Part shown: piece after piece, positions 58,548 through 64,000 of the stretch
Numbering within the stretch: position 1 is the first letter of the stretch
How the letters are laid out: each line of letters opens with the position of its first letter
Origin: Desulfobacterales bacterium
GTDB lineage: Bacteria > Desulfobacterota > Desulfobacteria > Desulfobacterales > UBA2245
Direction: 5' to 3'
DNA length: 64,000 nt
Assembly: GCA_040771865.1 (NCBI GenBank)
Contig: JAXGZF010000003.1
Span: 496,001 to 560,000 of the forward strand
Made by a program: the position numbers and the translations under genes
The notes under the pieces: generated by a model
What the model saw: the letters and a program-made list of their open reading frames with translations, nothing else
What the model was told of the DNA's origin: nothing
Database searches by the model: none

Positions 58548-58844
58548 TCAGGTTAAAAAAGATTTCAATCCGCTGACTGTCAAAATCGTATCCATTTCAG
58601 AAGACAAATCTTTGACGACCCATTTGATCCCTGAGGTTAATGATCTACGGAAAGCCAGAAGCAATTGCAAAGCCGCCGTATCCGCAAAAGTCAGTTCTTC
58701 CATGCTGATGGTGATTTTCCGACATCGAGCCAGGACACTGTCTAAGAAATGCTTCAGGCATTGAATGTCATGAATGGTCAACTCGCCCTTGAATCGGTAA
58801 ACTCCTTCCGCATCCTGGTTGATCGCAAAACGCCTGCTGTTCAC
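58548..58844 (-). CDS. STAS domain protein
   Basis: GELTIH, FADTAALQLLLA; GTG start with GGAGG; typical first gene of STAS-cheY-cheA clusters. Confidence 0.82.
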   Translation of the reverse strand: MNSRRFAINQDAEGVYRFKGELTIHDIQCLKHFLDSVLARCRKITISMEELTFADTAALQLLLAFRRSLTSGIKWVVKDLSSEMDTILTVSGLKSFLT

Positions 58845-58880
58845 CCCCCACCTCCCTGGAATGCAATTTCGTTCCTTTAG

Positions 58881-59023
58881 CAGGCTGTTGCAAGACTGCG
58901 CCTGAGGCCGCCATTCAGTGTTGCGCGGCTTCCGCCAATGCCCACATATGCTTGAATATGCTGCGCTTGTCGTGTCGCCGCGCGTTTTGCCTGACGGCCT
59001 GATTCTTGTTTTCCAACGCCCTG
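58881..59023 (-). mobile_element. MITE-like repeat, copy 4 (143 bp)
   Basis: Reverse-complement copy with perfect TTAG / TTAG direct repeats (58877-58880, 59024-59027). Confidence 0.9.
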
Positions 59024-59043
59024 TTAGCGGAAAGCGCTATGAA

Positions 59044-60690
59044 TCAGGCATCCGGAAAAAGTTCGTGCGACCGTTCCCGCAGTTTATATTTCTGAACCTT
59101 CCCGCTGGCCGTCATCGGAAAAGATTTGATAAAGGAGACATATTTCGGAACCTTGTAACGGCTGATTTTGCCTCTGCAAAAATCCCGAATATCTTCTTCC
59201 GTAAAATCATATCCCGCTTTTTTAATGACAAAGGCACCCACCTCCTCGCCGAATTTTTTGCTGGGAACTCCCACTACCTGCACATCGGCGACGCCATCCA
59301 TCTGATAGATGAATTCTTCGATCTCCCTGGGAGAAATGTTTTCCCCTCCACGGATGATCATATCCTTGGAACGGCCGGTGATGGCGATGTAACTGTTTTC
59401 ATCCATCACTCCCAGGTCGCCGGAATGCAGCCAGCCATCCTCGTCAATGGCCTTTGCCGTGGCTTCGGGCATATTGTAATAGCCTTTCATCACGTTGTAA
59501 CCCCGGCAGCAGATTTCGCCCTGTTTTCCTGGCCCTACCTGATCTCCGGTTTCCGGATCCACAAGTTTGACCTCGATGCAGGGCATGGGCCGTCCCACGG
59601 TTCTGACACGAAGTTCCAGAGAATCGGTAGTTTTGCTCTGAGTAATTCCCGGAGAAGCCTCGGTCAAGCCGTAGACGATGGTTATCTCTTTTGCATGCAT
59701 TTTTTCTGCCACCGCCTTCATGATTTCAATGGGGCAGGGAGATCCGGCCATAATACCGGTGCGAAGGGATCTGAAATCAAACTTGCTGAAAAGCTTATGT
59801 TCCAACACCGCAATAAACATGGTCGGCACCCCGTACAGGGCCGTACATCTTTCCTGTTCGACGGCGGCCATCACCTGAACCGGATCAAAGCGCTCCAGAA
59901 TCACCATGCAGCTGCCGTGGCTCACTGCGGCGGTGGTTCCCAGCACGCACCCGAAACAGTGAAAGAGGGGAACCGGAATGCAGACCCGATCCTTTTCTGT
60001 AAATTTCTGATTTTCGCCGATCCAGAACCCGTTGTTTCCGACATTGTAATGGGAGAGCATAACGCCCTTAGGGAAACCCGTGGTGCCCGAAGTATACTGC
60101 ATATTGACCACGTCGTGACAATCCAGCTCAGCCTGACGGGCCTTGTATTGCTCGTCGGTGGTCATGGCGGCCAGGGCCAGGATTTCCGGTATGGAATACA
60201 TGCCGCGGTGCTTTTCCTGCCCCAGGAACATGACCCGTTTCAGATGGGGGAATTTTTCGGTTTTCAGGAATCCTCTTGGCTGAGTTTTTAATTCCGGAAC
60301 CAGTTCGTAGAGCGTCTGAACATAATCGGTATCCTGGTAGCCGTCGATGATAAAGATGTTTTCGGTCTCCGATTGCCGCATCAAGTATTCCAGCTCGACG
60401 CTTTTATAGTTGATGTTTACGGTCAGGAGAATCGCTCCCATTTTTGCGGTTGCAAACTGAAGCGCCACCCAGTAAGGGATATTGGTCGCCCAGATCGCAA
60501 CCTTTTCTCCTTTTTGTATTCCCATGGCCATCATGCCCTTGGCCAGCTGGTCTACAACGTTTCCAAACTCCCGGTATGTCAGGCGAAAGTCCCGGTCCAC
60601 ATAAACCACCGCATCGCTGTCCGGATATTTTGAAATGGTCTCATCAAGCATCTGTCCCATCGTTATGGAACGCAATTCATCTGTCTGCAT
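59044..60690 (-). CDS. AMP-forming acyl-CoA synthetase
   Basis: [57 protein letters not shown] before ATG 60690. Confidence 0.94.
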   Translation of the reverse strand: MQTDELRSITMGQMLDETISKYPDSDAVVYVDRDFRLTYREFGNVVDQLAKGMMAMGIQKGEKVAIWATNIPYWVALQFATAKMGAILLTVNINYKSVELEYLMRQSETENIFIIDGYQDTDYVQTLYELVPELKTQPRGFLKTEKFPHLKRVMFLGQEKHRGMYSIPEILALAAMTTDEQYKARQAELDCHDVVNMQYTSGTTGFPKGVMLSHYNVGNNGFWIGENQKFTEKDRVCIPVPLFHCFGCVLGTTAAVSHGSCMVILERFDPVQVMAAVEQERCTALYGVPTMFIAVLEHKLFSKFDFRSLRTGIMAGSPCPIEIMKAVAEKMHAKEITIVYGLTEASPGITQSKTTDSLELRVRTVGRPMPCIEVKLVDPETGDQVGPGKQGEICCRGYNVMKGYYNMPEATAKAIDEDGWLHSGDLGVMDENSYIAITGRSKDMIIRGGENISPREIEEFIYQMDGVADVQVVGVPSKKFGEEVGAFVIKKAGYDFTEEDIRDFCRGKISRYKVPKYVSFIKSFPMTASGKVQKYKLRERSHELFPDA

Positions 60691-60703
60691 AGTGCTTCTC
60701 CTT

Positions 60704-61267
60704 CTATTCCGGGAAATACAGGACTGCATAAATGGATGCCGGTTCATCCCCAAAACATCCGACATGGTGTGGAACTACCGAGTTGTAATAAATACTATCG
60801 CCCGGATCGAGCACATGCGTTTCCTGCCCGTAAATCACCTCGACCTTGCCGGAAACAACCACGATGAACTCTTCGCCTTCATGAAAAGACAGCTTCTTTT
60901 CCTTCGCGGATTCAGGAAAAATCTCGATAAAGAAGGGCTCCATGTGACGATCGCTTTTGCCTCTTCCCAGAGAGTAAAACTTTAGGGCCACCGGCTCATT
61001 CTTGGCCCGCAGCATGCTCAGCTCTTCTTTCCGCTGGTCCTTGGAAATAATCAGCGGATCCTGGCTGATCTGGTCGTCCAGGAAGGTTCCCAGACGGACA
61101 CCCAGCGCACGTGCGATTTTCAAAAGCGGCCCCAGGGAAGGATAGACATCGTCTTCCTGAACAGAACGAAGAAAACCGACTTCAAGACCGGTTCTTTCGG
61201 CAAGCTCTTCAAGGGTGGCGCCCCTTTGTTCCATGTATTTCTTAATTCTTTGACCCACTTTTTCCAT
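60704..61267 (-). CDS. XRE-family HTH regulator with cupin domain
   Basis: [54 protein letters not shown]. Confidence 0.93.
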   Translation of the reverse strand: MEKVGQRIKKYMEQRGATLEELAERTGLEVGFLRSVQEDDVYPSLGPLLKIARALGVRLGTFLDDQISQDPLIISKDQRKEELSMLRAKNEPVALKFYSLGRGKSDRHMEPFFIEIFPESAKEKKLSFHEGEEFIVVVSGKVEVIYGQETHVLDPGDSIYYNSVVPHHVGCFGDEPASIYAVLYFPE

Positions 61268-61557
61268 GTTTATGTTTCTCCTTCCTTGTTTAAAAACTGA
61301 ATTGATATTCAATAACTAAATAATGTTTTATTATTAAAATTAATTTTTATCTGTATATACTAGTTGGCTGCCATTTCAAAGAAAAAATTAGCTATCGTCA
61401 ACCCATGGGCGACGCAACCGCCCACTCCGCATCGAAATACCGACCGGATTCAATCATCTGAATCATACCTTCAAAATTCTCGAAAATTCATCGAGCGCCG
61501 CGCCTTTATCATAAGAGCGTGGTGGGTATCGCGAATCCTTTTAAGGCTGGCTCCTTA

Positions 61558-62547
61558 TCACAGAACGCTGTGCATTCTCTGCAGATCGTCATGTTTTCCA
61601 AGCACAACAATGATATCGCCGGAATCGATTATTTCAGTCGGCATAGGGTTGAATATCATCTCTCCGGATCGTTTTTTAATGGCGACAATGATCACTCCGA
61701 AATTCTGACGCAGGCCGCTGTCCATTAGTTTTTTGCCGATTAAACCGGATTGCCCGCCGACCTTGGCTTCCTCCATTCTGAGTCCAAGATGACTGTCCAT
61801 CATGGCAATATCGATAAAATCAACAACCGTAGGGCGAATCAGCACCTGAGCCATCCGTTTTCCACCGATCAGATAGGGAGATACAACCCGGGTCGCTCCG
61901 GCCCGCATCATTTTCCCCTCATTCTTCTGGTCCGATGCCCTGGCCAGTACAAAGATGTCCGGACGCAACCCCTTGGCAGACAGGGTTATAAACACATTGT
62001 CCGCATCGGATTGCACTACCGTGACCAGCCCCTTCGCCCGCATAATCCCCGCCTTTGCCAGTGCGTCATCCGAGGTAGAGTCCATCTGAATATACAAATA
62101 ACCCTTGGATTCTATCATGCTGACGGCGAGCGGATCTTTTTCAATCACCACAAAAGGAATGCTGTGAGCGTTTAACTCGGTACATATGAGTTGGCCGATC
62201 CTTCCATATCCGCAGACAATGTAATGGTCCTTTAACTGTGAAATGAGTCTTTCCACCTTCTTCCTCCCCATGATCGCTCTTAACTCGCCCCCGATAAACA
62301 TTCTCAACAGCATGCCGAAAGTATAACCGCCGGTGGTGATTCCAACGGTAATCACAATAATGGTAATAAATCTTCCTGCCTCCGACAGAGGTTCTATCTC
62401 CGCAAATCCTACCGTACTGATGGTGATGATGGTCATATAAAAGGCGTTAAATAGAGACATTCCCTCGACCAGGGTGTAACCGGTCGTGCCAAATGCCAGT
62501 ATTGAAAAAAGCAGTATGAAGGACAGACGAAATTTTTTTAATTCCAT
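61558..62547 (-). CDS. Two-TM potassium channel with RCK (TrkA-N/TrkA-C) domains
   Basis: Pore TISTVGFAE, HYIVCGYGRIG, AGATRVVSPY, TrkA-C tail; exact start uncertain. Confidence 0.9.
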   Translation of the reverse strand: MELKKFRLSFILLFSILAFGTTGYTLVEGMSLFNAFYMTIITISTVGFAEIEPLSEAGRFITIIVITVGITTGGYTFGMLLRMFIGGELRAIMGRKKVERLISQLKDHYIVCGYGRIGQLICTELNAHSIPFVVIEKDPLAVSMIESKGYLYIQMDSTSDDALAKAGIMRAKGLVTVVQSDADNVFITLSAKGLRPDIFVLARASDQKNEGKMMRAGATRVVSPYLIGGKRMAQVLIRPTVVDFIDIAMMDSHLGLRMEEAKVGGQSGLIGKKLMDSGLRQNFGVIIVAIKKRSGEMIFNPMPTEIIDSGDIIVVLGKHDDLQRMHSVL

Positions 62548-62672
62548 ACACCACGCTTTAAATTGTGTCATAATCAAAACTTCGGCAATACCGCCGATAT
62601 TTTGGAAGAGCCACAATAAAATGATTTAGCAATTTTGGCCAATACTGGTCAATCGCATATCTGCTGGTGTTC

Positions 62673-62708
62673 AAAAAAAAAGAGGCGAGGTCGGATTGAC
62701 CTCGCCTC
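62673..62708 (-). terminator. Intrinsic terminator after the lipoprotein gene
   Basis: Perfect 11-bp stem GAGGCGAGGTC/GACCTCGCCTC followed by T9 on the minus strand. Confidence 0.88.
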
Positions 62709-62737
62709 GTGCGTTTTACTGTAATCGGAATGAATTC

Positions 62738-63073
62738 TTATTTGTGCATCTGCTTCATGAAAATATTCTCGGCTTTCTGAGCCATATCTTCAGCGCGTGC
62801 CGCTGCCTGTTCGGCCTTGTTGGCTGCGGCCTCAGCTCTTTGAGCGGAATTTTTGGCGTCGGCAGCCGCATTTGTGCAAGCCGTCTGGCATTGAGCACAG
62901 GCATCTTTGGCGCTCTGGGCATCGCTCATCGCTTTTGAAGACTGACTCAGCGCTTCCTGAACCTGCGCTTCCAGCTGCTGAATTTTGGAACTCGCACAAC
63001 CGGTCATGGCCAAGCCAAAACATACCAATACGCTGATGATCAAAGCCAGTTTTCCATATTTTTTTGCACGCAT
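62738..63073 (-). CDS. Lpp/OprI-like alanine-zipper lipoprotein
   Basis: GAGGAGG RBS, lipobox AMTG-C, Ala-rich heptads (AQRAEAAANKAEQAAARAE), C-terminal Lys. Confidence 0.82.
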   Translation of the reverse strand: MRAKKYGKLALIISVLVCFGLAMTGCASSKIQQLEAQVQEALSQSSKAMSDAQSAKDACAQCQTACTNAAADAKNSAQRAEAAANKAEQAAARAEDMAQKAENIFMKQMHK

Positions 63074-63141
63074 TACTCTACCTCCTCTAAGAAATAGTTT
63101 TACGAACTGAAACAATGATAGGTCATCTTCTCTCTTCCAGG

Positions 63142-64000
63142 TTATTTGATACTTATCAAAGCCGACGCCGTATCACCTCCCTTCGCCAATATTCCGATAC
63201 TGACCGGAACGCCATCGGCGACGTCCACAGCCCGTTCAACCAGTTCCATGGAAACGCTGGAAAGAAGTCCGCTTGCTTCCAAACGTTTTATCGTATAATT
63301 TAACATATTAGGTATGTTGCCGTAAATATCGGGATGGACTTCCAGAAATATTTTCTGATTTCTGAAGCCGATTTTGACAGGCTCATAAATAATTTCCACC
63401 ACCGTACCCGTCTCAACCTCATTAAATAGAACGGCGATATCTTCAGGATATAAACGGATGCAGCCATTGCTGACCAGACGTCCGACCCCCCAGGGAAAGT
63501 TGGTGCCGTGAATTCCGTATCCCCTGGCAGACAATCCGAGCCAGTATTTACCCAAGGGGTTGCTCGTGCCGGGCGGGATCTTGGAAACCCCGTACTTTGG
63601 CCGAAGAAAAGCAGGGATTTCCCATACAGGATCAACCTGGCGGTCCACGACTTTAAAGGTGCCGACAGGCGTTTGCCTGCCTACATTTCCGATGCCCAGC
63701 GCATAGGTTTTGACCAGACCGATCTTCGGAAAAAAATGATATAAACGCATTTCGGGAAGATTGATCACGATCGCTTCAAATCGGGTCGGGGGAATGACCC
63801 AGCAGAGCGGAATCTTTAGATCACGTCCGGCGGGTACAATCCATGGATCGATATCCGGATGGGGCATCTTTAGCTCATTAAAGCCCAAACCATAAGCTCT
63901 GGCAATGTCCAGAAGCGTTTCACCGTTTCCCGTCTGATGTGTTTTGATGTCTCCAATAACGCCACCGACATGCTGTCCGTTGACGGCGGAGAGCTCGTAT
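63142..64000 (-). CDS. L,D-transpeptidase (LysM + YkuD, ErfK/YcfS-like); 5' end outside the window
   Basis: Frame open to the window edge: GETLLDIARAYGLGFNEL, INLPEMRLY, NPLGKYW, YGIHGTN, SNGCIRL. Confidence 0.93.
   Translation of the reverse strand, partial: YELSAVNGQHVGGVIGDIKTHQTGNGETLLDIARAYGLGFNELKMPHPDIDPWIVPAGRDLKIPLCWVIPPTRFEAIVINLPEMRLYHFFPKIGLVKTYALGIGNVGRQTPVGTFKVVDRQVDPVWEIPAFLRPKYGVSKIPPGTSNPLGKYWLGLSARGYGIHGTNFPWGVGRLVSNGCIRLYPEDIAVLFNEVETGTVVEIIYEPVKIGFRNQKIFLEVHPDIYGNIPNMLNYTIKRLEASGLLSSVSMELVERAVDVADGVPVSIGILAKGGDTASALISIK

Noticed and set aside
58861..58878. Sigma-54-like motif (minus strand GGAACGAAATTGCA) before the STAS gene
   Set aside because: GG-to-GC spacing is 9 nt rather than the required 10.
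2000..59023. CRISPR array or REP/RAYT system as the explanation for the repeats
   Set aside because: Copies are dispersed, about 145 bp long, have terminal inverted repeats and target duplications, and have no spacers, cas genes or RAYT nearby.
58918..60291. 457-aa plus-strand ORF
   Set aside because: Antisense shadow of the acyl-CoA synthetase, starting inside the MITE; no motifs.
62395..62425. K+ channel filter TVGFA as a novel selectivity variant
   Set aside because: Deviations from TVGYG are common in prokaryotic RCK channels; nothing else supports altered function.

Overview
Chromosomal window from a GC-rich Gram-negative bacterium. Gene content and order suggest Desulfobacterota (deltaproteobacteria); this is an inference. 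From left to right: (1) a partial TonB-dependent receptor and an NtrC-type activator, divergent from a sigma-54 promoter driving a REC protein and a PAS-HisKA_3 kinase; (2) a decayed islet at the 3' side of tRNA-Val(CAC), with a secreted ZU5-like/DUF1566 gene shattered by micro-deletions, an IS3 end and a Fic gene; (3) core genes ihfB, scpBA, trpS, a tRNA nucleotidyltransferase, pilC-pilS, lysS, and lolCD-bamA-skp-lpxD-fabZ-lpxA-lpxI-gnnA-like-lpxB-DUF374-msbA; (4) an accessory stress/dormancy-like block (M50-CBS protease, degenerate NTPase plus MscS, lone Lpd-like enzyme, internally deleted P-type ATPase, Pat acetyltransferase, baeRF/Balon-like factor, FKBP); (5) an ABC exporter pair, RNase II and TetR; (6) a chemosensory operon; (7) acyl-CoA ligase/XRE-cupin, a K+ channel, and an L,D-transpeptidase with an Lpp/OprI-like lipoprotein. 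The best candidate for an undescribed system is the chemosensory operon. It couples a secreted tetraheme cytochrome c and a CxxCH-bearing MCP to a CheA with MshEN-like repeats and a REC-GGDEF output, and it has no cheR. Also notable are four copies of a 143-145 bp MITE-like palindrome, all co-oriented with transcription, and an ihfB stop codon lying inside the tRNA-Val gene. All calls come from motif recognition by eye; no searches were run.
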